A stretch of 64,000 bases of DNA from an uncultured delta proteobacterium (GCA_963845145.1 CAWJQU010000001.1:64001-128000), one strand, 5' to 3'; positions 21,087 through 31,176 are shown, numbered from the stretch's first letter. Numbers and translations are program-made. The notes: generated by a model from the letters alone, not told the origin.

Positions 21087-21692
21087 ATGTATATCGTTTG
21101 TGCTGATTTGGAAGGCGTCTTCACGCCCGAAGTCTGGATAAATGTGGCGGAGAAATGGGGAATTGAAAAGCTCCGCCTGACCACCCGAGACATTCCCGAT
21201 TATGACGTCCTAATGAATGGTCGCCTGGCGTTGTTGAAAGCGCACGGGCTGACACTCAAAGATATTCAGGACGTGATTGCCGGGTTGCAGCCGCTACCCG
21301 GAGCCAAAGCCTTTTTAGGTTGGCTTCGGGCAACCCTTCAGGTAATTATCGTATCGGATACCTTTACCGAATTTGCCAGCCCCTTAATGGAAAAACTCGA
21401 TTGGCCCGCCTTGTTTTGTCATGACCTCAGCGTCGATGATTCCGGTGCTATCAGCGGCTACAACCTTCGACAGACCCAGGCCAAGAAAAAAACCATGCTG
21501 GCCTTAAAAAGCCTCAATTTTAAAACCATCGGTATCGGCGATTCCTACAACGATATCGACATGATCAAAGCGGCCGACTGGGGTATTTTATTTCGACCAC
21601 CGCAAAATGTCATCGATGAATTCCCGGAATTACCCGTCACCACCACCTACAAGGAGTTAAAAGAGACCATTTTGCGCATTGTGTCGGGATAG
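21087..21692 (+). CDS. thrH: Phosphoserine phosphatase / homoserine phosphotransferase
   Basis: DLEGVFTPE, TTRDIPDYD, SDTF, GDSYND. Confidence 0.93.
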   Translation: MYIVCADLEGVFTPEVWINVAEKWGIEKLRLTTRDIPDYDVLMNGRLALLKAHGLTLKDIQDVIAGLQPLPGAKAFLGWLRATLQVIIVSDTFTEFASPLMEKLDWPALFCHDLSVDDSGAISGYNLRQTQAKKKTMLALKSLNFKTIGIGDSYNDIDMIKAADWGILFRPPQNVIDEFPELPVTTTYKELKETILRIVSG

Positions 21693-21717
21693 CCGCCGAT
21701 TTGAACGAAGAGGATGG

Positions 21718-22146
21718 ATGACCGTGACAGACCCCCATAAATACAAATTCAAAACACGCGTGATTTACGGTGACACCGATAATATGGGTATGGCTTATCA
21801 CGCCAACTATTTCAGATGGTTTGAGATGGGCCGCGCCGAGATGTTCCGCTCGCTGGGGCTTACCTATCGGGAAATTGAGGCTAAAGGCGTATTCCTTCCC
21901 GTTTCGGAGTGCTTGTGCAAATTCATGTCGCCGGCGCGCTATGACGACATGATCATGATTGAAACCAGTCTTGATCTGAAAGTAAGGGCCGGGGTTCGAT
22001 TTAATTATGCTATCTACAATGACGATGGAACCCGTCAATTGGCTAGGGGATACACCAAACACGCCTGTGTGGATCCAAAGGGCCGGGTGATTCGTCCACC
22101 GGCATTTCTATCCGAATGTATTCGGAACACAGCCACGAATGGTTGA
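21718..22146 (+). CDS. YbgC/FadM-family acyl-CoA thioesterase
   Basis: YGDTDNMGMAYHANYFRWFE.GR. Confidence 0.9.
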   Translation: MTVTDPHKYKFKTRVIYGDTDNMGMAYHANYFRWFEMGRAEMFRSLGLTYREIEAKGVFLPVSECLCKFMSPARYDDMIMIETSLDLKVRAGVRFNYAIYNDDGTRQLARGYTKHACVDPKGRVIRPPAFLSECIRNTATNG

Positions 22147-22288
22147 GAAAACCAATACAAGGTTGTTACTGAAAAAAAAAGGACGATGCGATCACGTTCA
22201 AGATTCGTCTGACCGCTTCCAATAGAACCGACATCGAAGAGGTCATACAACGGCTCAGTAAAATCATTGATTCCACTAAAGGAAAAGC

Positions 22289-22316
22289 TTGACATCCTAA
22301 CTCGATACCCTATATT
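22289..22316 (+). promoter_or_regulatory. Sigma70-type promoter for the tRNA
   Basis: TTGACA (22289) - 16 nt - TATATT (22311), about 23 nt upstream of the tRNA. Confidence 0.6.
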
Positions 22317-22339
22317 ACACACCATCAAACAAAACCTGA

Positions 22340-22416
<77 letters not shown>

Positions 22417-22426
22417 AAAATAATAA

Positions 22427-22460
22427 AAAGGAGCTATATTAGATTGTAGCTCCTTTCTTA
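22427..22460 (+). terminator. Intrinsic terminator after the tRNA
   Basis: aaaggagcta-loop-tagctccttt followed by a T-rich tract. Confidence 0.75.
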
Positions 22461-22638
22461 TTTGAAAAAAAATCAACGCCTCATATTTTTTTATTGATTA
22501 CCGTCGCCAAAATGGTAAAATGACTGATTGCCGAATTTCCTATTACGGTCATGCCTTCCAACGGTGAAAGGCTTTCAATAAATTATCATTTACGACTATT
22601 CCGCAGATACAACCATTCGATATCATCATTAAACTGAG

Positions 22639-22995
22639 GTGACATTTGAAATGAAAAACGGAATTGAAAGACGTCGGCATATTCGCGCCCCCCTAACCTT
22701 AGACGCTGTTTTACATACGTCCAAGGGTAAAATCGAAGCTAAGACGGCTGACATCAGCGTTAGCGGCCTTGCCGTTATTTTGGTTATAGAAGAACCTGAT
22801 CTAGGTGACGAATTTCAACTCACGCTCAAAACGCCTGCAGATTACGAAATGTCAATATTTTGTGCAAAGGTCTGGTCGGGTAAAATGATTACCGGTGAAA
22901 CCACCTATAACGCAATTGGCGCAGAATTTATTAAAATATCTCCAGAGAACCGAAAAATCCTAGTCTCACTAATTGTAGATTACTATCGAGATTAA
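22639..22995 (+). CDS. PilZ domain protein (c-di-GMP receptor)
   Basis: RxxxR (RRRHIR) and DxSxxG (DISVSG) motifs. Confidence 0.85.
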   Translation: MTFEMKNGIERRRHIRAPLTLDAVLHTSKGKIEAKTADISVSGLAVILVIEEPDLGDEFQLTLKTPADYEMSIFCAKVWSGKMITGETTYNAIGAEFIKISPENRKILVSLIVDYYRD

Positions 22996-23074
22996 CCTGA
23001 AAAGAAAAAGTTAGATTCAAATAACTTATGAAATAGGCATACATTTTTAACCTGTTTAGACATCCCTTCAAACC

Positions 23075-25030
23075 TTAACCGTTTAGTGGTGAGACCTCAT
23101 GAGGGTCGGCCATATCAAACGCCTCTACTGAAGAGAAATGATTTGAACGATTTTTGAGAAATTTTTGTTTACCCCTATTAGATTTGGCGCTCTTGCTTTC
23201 CATACTATTTCTTCCCCCCCCAACAATCGCCATGAGTTTATTGACCATCGTTTTCAATTCTTTCGCCTGGACACTCATAGATTCGGAAGCAGAAAAAGAC
23301 TCCTCGGCTGTAGCCGCATTTTGTTGTGTCACTTGATCCATTTCAGAAACGGCGACATTGATCTGAAGGATACCCTGGGCCTGTTCTTTGGAAGCACCGG
23401 CGATTTCACCCACCAGATCGCCTACCTTTGAGGTACGTTCAACGACCTGACCAAAAGCGTTATTGGCATGATCAACCAGTGAGGTCCCTTCATTAACTTT
23501 TTGAATGGTCCCCTCTATCAACCCTGCAGTTTCTCTGGCTGCCTCGGCGGCTCGGATAGCCAAATTTCTAACCTCATCGGCGACAACGGCAAATCCGGCA
23601 CCGGCTTCGCCCGCACGCGCCGCCTCCACAGCAGCATTTAAAGCCAGGAGGTTGGTTTGGAATGCAATTTCATCGATAGTCTTGATGATTTTTGATGTTT
23701 CTTCACCGGCATCGGAAATGGCTTTGATCGATGTGGTGAGTTTATCCAACGATCCGTAAGCCGCTCCGACCATTGTATTGGCTTTTTTCATCAGACCATC
23801 GGCCTCAGTGGCATGGTCCGCATTTTGTTTGGTAATAGATGACATTTCTTCCAATGATGAAGATGTTTCCTCTAAAGATGCCACCTGGTTTCCAGTTCCA
23901 TCGGCCAACTGCTGGCTTCCGCAAGAAATTTCTCCAGATGCAGACGATACATTTTCAGCACTCTGATTCAAGCTCCGAATAATCTGTTTGATAGGAAGGG
24001 TAATCGAGCGTGTGGTCAAAAGGGCGATAACAAGGATCGACATCACACTCAGGCCTCCGGCTATACCCAAAAGCCATTTTAATGAATTGACGGCACCGAA
24101 TGCCTCGGTCTCATGGATTTCGGCAATGATAGCCCAAGTAAGCTCCCCAATATTCAATGGCGCAAAAGATGATAAAACGGTTTTGCCATTGTAATTTTTT
24201 GAAATGATCTGCCCGACTTCTCCGGATAGTGCTTTGCGCGCAGACAGGGTCTTTACATTTCCTGTCTCAGGGTTGGCAAAAGAGGCCAGGACGGAATGAT
24301 ACTCTGAATTGTGAGGCGAATCGGAGCGCATCAGATAATCACTACCGACTAGATACGTTTCACCGGTTTCTCCCATTCCCTCTCGTTGCTGCATAAATTC
24401 ATTAATGGATGCAACCGCAATTCGCAAAATAACACACCCGAGAAGTTTTTCTTTTTTCATTATCGGTGCACCGATAAATGCAGCCGGCTCGTTATTGCTG
24501 GCGACATAAGATTCAAAGTCAACCAGGGATTGTTTTTTCAATGATTTATCGAAGCATTTGCCCAACGGGGACGTCTTCAAAGGGCCGGTTGAAAGGTTGG
24601 CTCCCAGCTCTGACTGTTTGGCCATGGTGTAAACCACGTCTCCGTTCGCAGCAATTAAAAGAAGATCCAGATAGCCGGAAGTGTTGGCAAAATAATCAAT
24701 CGATGCTGAATAATTTTTTGCCATCGCTTTATAGAATTCGCTATCGGTACGAAGTTTATCTGATTTGACGATCCCGGATAAAGATTTCAGTGCATTGATG
24801 ACGAAATCGGTCTGGGCTAAAATGGAAATATCCTTAAAATAGGCGTTAAATAAACCCTCACACTGTTTTCTCTTGATTTCCCTGAGGCTTTCGAGCTGGC
24901 GATACACCTGCAGCGTATAGTCATCGGTGACCTTAAAGACGGTTAATCCACCCAAAACAAAAAAAGGAATCAAGCCGATACAGAAAAAAATCGCCAATAA
25001 TTTGGCTTTTAAAGTCAACCGCTTAAACAT
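23075..25030 (-). CDS. Methyl-accepting chemotaxis protein with a Cache-type sensor
   Basis: Two TM helices flanking a periplasmic domain; IAFQTNLLALNAAVEAARAGEAGAGFAVVADEVR. Confidence 0.95.
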   Translation of the reverse strand: MFKRLTLKAKLLAIFFCIGLIPFFVLGGLTVFKVTDDYTLQVYRQLESLREIKRKQCEGLFNAYFKDISILAQTDFVINALKSLSGIVKSDKLRTDSEFYKAMAKNYSASIDYFANTSGYLDLLLIAANGDVVYTMAKQSELGANLSTGPLKTSPLGKCFDKSLKKQSLVDFESYVASNNEPAAFIGAPIMKKEKLLGCVILRIAVASINEFMQQREGMGETGETYLVGSDYLMRSDSPHNSEYHSVLASFANPETGNVKTLSARKALSGEVGQIISKNYNGKTVLSSFAPLNIGELTWAIIAEIHETEAFGAVNSLKWLLGIAGGLSVMSILVIALLTTRSITLPIKQIIRSLNQSAENVSSASGEISCGSQQLADGTGNQVASLEETSSSLEEMSSITKQNADHATEADGLMKKANTMVGAAYGSLDKLTTSIKAISDAGEETSKIIKTIDEIAFQTNLLALNAAVEAARAGEAGAGFAVVADEVRNLAIRAAEAARETAGLIEGTIQKVNEGTSLVDHANNAFGQVVERTSKVGDLVGEIAGASKEQAQGILQINVAVSEMDQVTQQNAATAEESFSASESMSVQAKELKTMVNKLMAIVGGGRNSMESKSAKSNRGKQKFLKNRSNHFSSVEAFDMADPHEVSPLNG

Positions 25031-25228
25031 TCTGATGACACCTTTCCCTTTTATTAAAAAGATAATGCCACTGTGCCTGTTTGCTAATTATAACTTCGGC
25101 ATATTCAAGGAAAACTTTAAGGGAATTATATGAAACGAGCTGACAGTGAAGGAAAAGGGAAACCGATGGATAACGGTGTAATCAGATCATATCCGAGGAG
25201 CAATCATGCTCTTTTTAAGCACACCTGA

Positions 25229-25435
25229 TCACAGGCCGTGAGAATCGTGGCGTTTGCCGCCACATGGCGCAACGACGTCGCGGTAGCAATCAGGGCAGAT
25301 ACACTTCTCACCCTTGCATTCGATGCGATCTTTTTCATAGGGTAATGACCGGCCACAGTCATTACATAAAGAAGCATCATATTTCGGGTCAGCCGTGGAT
25401 GGTTTCAAGATGGTCTCAAGTCCTGGTTTAGTCAT
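25229..25435 (-). CDS. Small Cys-rich, putative zinc-binding protein
   Basis: 68 aa with CNDC and CICPDC; sigma54-like promoter just upstream. Confidence 0.55.
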   Translation of the reverse strand: MTKPGLETILKPSTADPKYDASLCNDCGRSLPYEKDRIECKGEKCICPDCYRDVVAPCGGKRHDSHGL

Positions 25436-25486
25436 TGGATGTGTCTCTATTTTTTTTGAATTTGAAAAAATCTATCTCCTTTTATT

Positions 25487-25502
25487 AGCAAATATGATAC
25501 CA
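25487..25502 (-). promoter_or_regulatory. Putative sigma54 (-24/-12) promoter
   Basis: Minus strand TGGTATCATATTTGCT = GG-N10-GC. Confidence 0.65.
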
Positions 25503-25530
25503 GAGACGCGATTTCTAATATTCCATATGA

Positions 25531-25543
25531 TATCAAATGGTTG
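25531..25543 (+). promoter_or_regulatory. Putative IHF binding site
   Basis: TATCAAATGGTTG matches WATCAANNNNTTR, next to a sigma54-like promoter. Confidence 0.5.
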
Positions 25544-25869
25544 AGAAAATATCAACATAGAGGGTTAAAGAATTAAAAATACATAATTGTAAAAAATCAT
25601 ACGTTTTAGGACAATATTGTTAAAATTGATGGCGAGCTTAAATTCATGGAAAACGATATGACTGAAACGAACTTAACGGTATTAAAGTCGTTTTATGTAA
25701 TATGGGTTACGACTATTGATTGGAAAAACCATTTGCGGGACCAATGGATGCTAAAAAATCCGGCCCACGAAAAAAAATTAAACGAACAAATTCGACATAA
25801 TTATGGCAATAGATAATAGACTTTTAGTGATAGTCCCAATTGAGCGATAAAACCACCAAAGCATTGTTT

Positions 25870-25885
25870 TGGTATAACTTTTGCT
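25870..25885 (+). promoter_or_regulatory. Putative sigma54 (-24/-12) promoter of the HD-GYP kinase operon
   Basis: TGGTATAACTTTTGCT = GG-N10-GC, about 70 nt upstream of the ORF. Confidence 0.65.
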
Positions 25886-25956
25886 TTCCACTCTTTGCCT
25901 ATGGAAGGGTTCCACCAACGCTATATATGATTTTTGTTTTTATCCATTAAAATAAG

Positions 25957-28728
25957 GTGCCGATGACGCAAACCCAGCTATACAATGATGTGTTAAGGGC
26001 TCTGTCTCTGGTTCTGGATATTGATGAAGGACAAAAGCTATATCATGCCTGGCGGGTAGGTCTTTTATCCTTCCGCTTGGCCGAATATATGGATATAACG
26101 AACCACAAACGCCTGTTTGCGACGGGTTTACTGCACGACATCGGCGGCATCGGGTTAGAAGATCATATAGTGCATCATAGCCTAAATGGGTTCAAGGACC
26201 ATCGCGCCCGGGCACATCCCCAAAAGGGGGCTGCTATACTTAGCCCCTTTAGCCTTTTTAACGATATCGTACCGTTTATTGCCGACCATCACGAACATTA
26301 CGATGGCACAGGATTCCCTTCCGGAAAAAAGGGTGCCGAGATACCTGTTGGGGCGGCCATTGTGCTCATGGCCGATATTTTGGATGTTTCCCTGCGCGGT
26401 AACGATGTCCGGGACAGACAAAAATCTGCCTTAGAGATCGCCATAAGAGTATCCGGCCAAAGCGTTGCTCCCCGAGTGGCTGAAGCAGCCATTGGGCTGT
26501 TTAAACATGACGACACCCTGATACCAAAACTATTCGACAACGACCTTTTGAAGGAGCAGGTCTTTTCTGTAAATACTGCGCCAACCGAGGTTGAAACACT
26601 GTCACGACAAGAAATGCTCAGCCAGCTGCTATGGCTTTTTGCCCGTGTTATCGATGTTAAACATGTCTTTACCATGGGACACTCCACCCGCGTCACTTTT
26701 TACGTCAAACAAATTGTCGATGCTTTTGGAAATGACGAGATCAACCAATGGGACGTTTTATGGGCCGGCCTGCTCCATGATGTGGGCATCATCAGTGTCC
26801 CCGACCCTATTTTACGAAAATCCACCGCATTAACCGATAGTGAAAAACGCCTCTATCAAAAACATGCCGCAGAATCCATTAAGATCATCTCCTCGATCAG
26901 TGACCTTGCCTATCTGGCCTACCCTGCGGCGGCACATCACGAGTGGTATGACGGCAGCGGCTACCCCAAAGGAAAGGCAGAGGAAAACATCCCTCTTTTA
27001 GGGAGAGTTCTTGCTTTTGCGGACACCTATGACGCCCTTACCAATCGGCAAGGGTTTAACGAAAAATTATCCCATGTAGAAGCCATTGAAATGATAGCCG
27101 GCCGTGTCGGCACTCAATTTGATCCGCACATCGCCCCTATCGCCTTAGCGGTAATGCGGGGATTCAATAAAATTGACCCCCGATCCAGGCAACGCATGAA
27201 GAATTTCCAGTTGTTTTTCAAAGAACAAAACGCGGATATCGGCAACCTGTTGATAGATCCGGGCAGCCACCGGACACCGCTCATCATGGCCGAAAGAGGG
27301 CTTATTCTTGGGGAATTACAACCCTGGCGTGTTCTCGAATTATCTGCTGATCTATTGATCTTATCCGGCAAGGAAGATTTTATCCAGTTGACCGTCAATT
27401 CCCCTTCAAATGAATTTGTCGACTTTCTGGATGAAAAAGAAAAATCAGACTTTAAAAAAATCGTCTCGAATCTTGAACCGGAGGGTATTTATACCCGATA
27501 CTTTATCACCGCCAGTTCCCATCCGATAGAGATGATCATTGTCGCCAGGCAAACCCGATATCGGATATTGTATCGCAGTGCCGCGCAAAAAATTGACCCA
27601 CTTAAACGAATGTCCCTGCTTCACCGAAATTTCATGACCAGTGCAGAGGGAACCGTATTTCTGAACCCTCATGGCGATATCATCGACGCCAACCGATCCT
27701 TTTTGGCGCTTTATGGGTATGAACTAAATGAAGTGACCGGTCAAAAAATGACGATGCTCAATTCGACCCGGCAACCCGCATCGACGTACGATGGAATGTG
27801 GCAATGCCTGACCGACCGTCAAATCGGCACCTGGTCCGGTGAGATGATTAATCGACACAAAACAGGTCAAACGATAACCGTTATTCTAACCATCAACGCC
27901 CTATTTGATTCAAATGGGGCAGTAGTGGGGTATATCGGCCAACATCATGATATCACTGAAAGAAAAAATCATGAAATAGCCTTACAAAATAAAGATCTGG
28001 AACTTGAAAGAAAAAATCGGGAACTGGAAAAGCTCAACCGGCTCAAAAGCGATCTCATGGCCATCACTTCCCACGATTTGAAATCTCCGATTTCAGCCAT
28101 GATCGGATATGCGGATCTTTTGAAGGCCCATTTCGAAAACATGTCCAAGGACAAGGTCGTTCATTACCTTGAGGGCATCATGAAGGCAGGACACAACCAA
28201 CTTCAATTTATCAGTGATCTGCTAGACCTTTACCAATTTGAATCCGACGCTTTTGTCGTCGAAAAAAAACCGATCCGGATCCATTCGATTCTTCAAGATT
28301 CGATTAGAACCAATGCCATGGCCGGAAAAACCAAAAGAATCGCCATTAACCTGACCACCGAAGGCCCTATCAGCGTGGTTCAAGCCGATTCAATGAGAAT
28401 ACAACAGGTTTTGGACAATCTTTTATCCAATGCCGTCAAATTTTCTCCCGAGGGATCTCAGGTCGATGTGCGGTACAGGGAGATCGGTGCCCAGGTCCTG
28501 ATTACCGTCGATGACCAGGGCCCCGGGATAGCGGAAATCGATCTTGACCGCATTTTCGATCGCAATTATCAGGTGAAGACAAAAAGCAAAGATTCCAAGC
28601 GTTTCCAGGGTATCGGGCTGGGGCTATACATATCAAAAAATATCATCGTTTATCATAATGGCACATTGCACGCAGAGAACCTGCCCCAGCGGGGATGTCG
28701 TTTTACAATAAAAATACCTTTTCGGTAA
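25957..28728 (+). CDS. Tandem HD-GYP domains fused to PAS and a histidine kinase (HisKA-HATPase)
   Basis: LLHDIG/HHEHYDGTGFP and LLHDVG/HHEWYDGSGYP; PAS (DANRSF...YGY, WSGEMINRHKTG); SHDLKSP, NLLSNAVKFS, DQGPGI, GLGLYI. Confidence 0.88.
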   Translation: MPMTQTQLYNDVLRALSLVLDIDEGQKLYHAWRVGLLSFRLAEYMDITNHKRLFATGLLHDIGGIGLEDHIVHHSLNGFKDHRARAHPQKGAAILSPFSLFNDIVPFIADHHEHYDGTGFPSGKKGAEIPVGAAIVLMADILDVSLRGNDVRDRQKSALEIAIRVSGQSVAPRVAEAAIGLFKHDDTLIPKLFDNDLLKEQVFSVNTAPTEVETLSRQEMLSQLLWLFARVIDVKHVFTMGHSTRVTFYVKQIVDAFGNDEINQWDVLWAGLLHDVGIISVPDPILRKSTALTDSEKRLYQKHAAESIKIISSISDLAYLAYPAAAHHEWYDGSGYPKGKAEENIPLLGRVLAFADTYDALTNRQGFNEKLSHVEAIEMIAGRVGTQFDPHIAPIALAVMRGFNKIDPRSRQRMKNFQLFFKEQNADIGNLLIDPGSHRTPLIMAERGLILGELQPWRVLELSADLLILSGKEDFIQLTVNSPSNEFVDFLDEKEKSDFKKIVSNLEPEGIYTRYFITASSHPIEMIIVARQTRYRILYRSAAQKIDPLKRMSLLHRNFMTSAEGTVFLNPHGDIIDANRSFLALYGYELNEVTGQKMTMLNSTRQPASTYDGMWQCLTDRQIGTWSGEMINRHKTGQTITVILTINALFDSNGAVVGYIGQHHDITERKNHEIALQNKDLELERKNRELEKLNRLKSDLMAITSHDLKSPISAMIGYADLLKAHFENMSKDKVVHYLEGIMKAGHNQLQFISDLLDLYQFESDAFVVEKKPIRIHSILQDSIRTNAMAGKTKRIAINLTTEGPISVVQADSMRIQQVLDNLLSNAVKFSPEGSQVDVRYREIGAQVLITVDDQGPGIAEIDLDRIFDRNYQVKTKSKDSKRFQGIGLGLYISKNIIVYHNGTLHAENLPQRGCRFTIKIPFR

Positions 28729-28806
28729 TCACTATGCAATTGCATCACCAGACGTAAAGAGAACCACAACGACAAATCAAGTGGGATAAGACACGAAGGA
28801 TAAGCC

Positions 28807-29706
28807 ATGAACGTACATAAGATACTGATTGTCGACGATGAAGAATTCGTGCATGAGATTCTGGACGAACACCTCAGGCTGGCCGGCTATCGGCGATTCC
28901 ATGCAAACAACGGTTCAGAGGCAATTAAGATGATTTTGGAGAAACGGCCGGACCTGATTCTAATGGACATCCAGATGCCTGTCATGGATGGGTTTAAAAC
29001 ACTTGCTACCCTTCGGGACAAAATGGGGATCACGGATATCCCGGTAGTATTTTTAAGTAATGTTCGCAGACAGGATCTGAAAGTCAAGGGATTTGAATTG
29101 GGGGGGGATGACTATGTGACCAAACCCTTTGACAGTGGTGAATTGATCGCACGCATACGGGCGTTGCTTCGCCGCAACGATCATTGTAACCTCCCAACGC
29201 ACCAAATGTCGGGCAACTTAGCCGATATCGCCTTGTCCGATCTTTTGCAAAGCATGGAACTTGGGAATAAAACCGCCCATGTCCATTTAGATACCATCAA
29301 AGGCGACATTTATATCGAGGCGGGCGAGCTGATCCATTCGCGGTTGGGCAATTTCACCGGGGATGCCGCTTTGCAACGTATTTTTCTGCTTGAAAAGGGA
29401 AACTTCTCCATTAAGTTTAACCAATTGCCCGAAAACATTCCCAGCCATCCGCAACCATTGACCTCTGTACTAATGGCCATGGCAGCCAATATAGATGAGA
29501 TCAATGAGATCCTTGGACAATACAACAAAGGTCAAGCCAAAATTACATCCGATGCGCCGGTATCGTCCTATCCCGCAATTGAAGTATTTCGGGTACACTT
29601 TCCCATCACATTGAGGCAATTGATTATTTTGATGGGCGGTACACTTAAACATAATTATAAAACCATTGTTAAAGCGCTCGAAGAAAAACAGTTGAAGATT
29701 ATTTAG
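28807..29706 (+). CDS. Response regulator (REC) with DUF4388/PatA_N-like output domain
   Basis: ILIVDDE, MDIQMP.MDG, KPF; GNLADIALSDLLQ...KT...GDIYIEAGELIHS pattern. Confidence 0.85.
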   Translation: MNVHKILIVDDEEFVHEILDEHLRLAGYRRFHANNGSEAIKMILEKRPDLILMDIQMPVMDGFKTLATLRDKMGITDIPVVFLSNVRRQDLKVKGFELGGDDYVTKPFDSGELIARIRALLRRNDHCNLPTHQMSGNLADIALSDLLQSMELGNKTAHVHLDTIKGDIYIEAGELIHSRLGNFTGDAALQRIFLLEKGNFSIKFNQLPENIPSHPQPLTSVLMAMAANIDEINEILGQYNKGQAKITSDAPVSSYPAIEVFRVHFPITLRQLIILMGGTLKHNYKTIVKALEEKQLKII

Positions 29707-29752
29707 TGACTCCCTATTATGCGAATAAAATATATTGCAGGCAGAGAATAAT

Positions 29753-30541
29753 ATGACAAAAATCATCACTGTAGCGAGCCATAAAGGCGGCGTTGGAAAA
29801 ACCACTGTCGCATACAATCTCGGGTTTGCTTTGAGTCGTTTGGGGCATAAAGTGCTTCTGATTGAAGGCGACCCGGCCGGAGCATTGACCATTGCCGGTG
29901 GGTTGAATCAACCCGGCCAACAAGGGCTGATTCAATTGTTGCGCAAAAAAACGACGCTTCGCCAAATTGCGGTGATGGTCGAATCCGCAAACATGTATAT
30001 CGTCGGCGGTGGTGTCCGCGACCCGGCGGAAGCCCTTTACCTGGATCGCTGTGCCCAAAACGGACATCTTGCACAGCTGCTCAAATATTTGGGTAATTAT
30101 TTCGATTATCTTCTGATCGATGCCCCATCGGGAATAAACAATCTCAGTATGACATTTTTGGCCAATAGTACCGGCGTTATTATTCCGATCACCTGTAAAG
30201 CGTTATCCATAAAAACCCTATCCCTTTTTCTGGGTTTTGTTCAGCAGACCCGGAATAGCTTCAATACCAGCCTGCGCATCGAGGGGCTGTTGATCAATAT
30301 GATAGACAATCGCAGCCTGAAAGAAGTCCAAGCATACGAGGCTTTACGCCTATCCTTGCCCACATCTGTCCTGTATAAAAATTTTATTCCTTATGATGAT
30401 TGTTTTGAAACAGCCACGACCGAAGGCTTGCCAGTGGCTCTGGTTGACAACGGCGAACATGCGTTTCAATCAATCGTGAATGTTGCCAAAGAATTAATCA
30501 GCAGGAATGCAAACGATACCCAGAGAGGCGCTCTCAAATGA
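29753..30541 (+). CDS. ParA/MinD/Soj-family ATPase
   Basis: Deviant Walker A KGGVGKTT, DYLLIDAP. Confidence 0.9.
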   Translation: MTKIITVASHKGGVGKTTVAYNLGFALSRLGHKVLLIEGDPAGALTIAGGLNQPGQQGLIQLLRKKTTLRQIAVMVESANMYIVGGGVRDPAEALYLDRCAQNGHLAQLLKYLGNYFDYLLIDAPSGINNLSMTFLANSTGVIIPITCKALSIKTLSLFLGFVQQTRNSFNTSLRIEGLLINMIDNRSLKEVQAYEALRLSLPTSVLYKNFIPYDDCFETATTEGLPVALVDNGEHAFQSIVNVAKELISRNANDTQRGALK

Positions 30542-31122
30542 AAACGATAAGAGACTCTTTTGAATTACAGGAAGCCGCCCGCATCTCCAGCGAACTTATC
30601 GCCGAGGCAGCCGTAGCGGCACCGGCCAATCCGGATTCTAATTGGCCCAAGGTGACCTTAGCCGAAACAACACCCGTAGTATCGAAAACCGAGAAAGGGG
30701 GCGCCCCGACCACCGCGGTGCCCTCAATATCTTCAAAAGTATCCGCGCCTCCGTCGGTCTATCGCGAAGAACAGCTAGAAAAAACGATGGCGGCCATGTG
30801 CAAACGCGCTGGATTTATCGGGGCCGTCATTGCCGACAACAGCGGTTCCCCATTAGCGGCGCATAACAGCCCCGTGAATGACCAAATTATGGCAACGTTT
30901 ACTTCCATACTCGGAACGGCCCTGGAAAAAGCCGGAAACCTTCTCGATGAGCACAAGGCCAACCATATTACCCTGGATATCAACCACACCGAAAAGGCAG
31001 CGCTACGGTTGTTTCACATCGACGGCCGGCCCTATTTCCTGATGATCATCTGCCCCCAGGAAGTAGACGAAAAAACAGAGGTTGAGCTGTCCATCGTACA
31101 ATTAGCAGCAGTTTTGGAATAA
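30538..31122 (+). CDS. Roadblock/LC7 (MglB-like) domain protein with a low-complexity N-terminus
   Basis: GFIGAVIADNSGSPLAA pattern typical of Roadblock; start overlaps the parA stop (ATGA). Confidence 0.65.
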   Translation: MKTIRDSFELQEAARISSELIAEAAVAAPANPDSNWPKVTLAETTPVVSKTEKGGAPTTAVPSISSKVSAPPSVYREEQLEKTMAAMCKRAGFIGAVIADNSGSPLAAHNSPVNDQIMATFTSILGTALEKAGNLLDEHKANHITLDINHTEKAALRLFHIDGRPYFLMIICPQEVDEKTEVELSIVQLAAVLE

Positions 31123-31176
31123 AAAGGCGAACCCGCAGCACCGCCAGAGGACTAGCAGAACAGATGTGCGTTACTT

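Noticed and set aside
29753..30541. Chromosome or plasmid partitioning locus
   Set aside because: No parB, parS or replication gene nearby; the context is signalling
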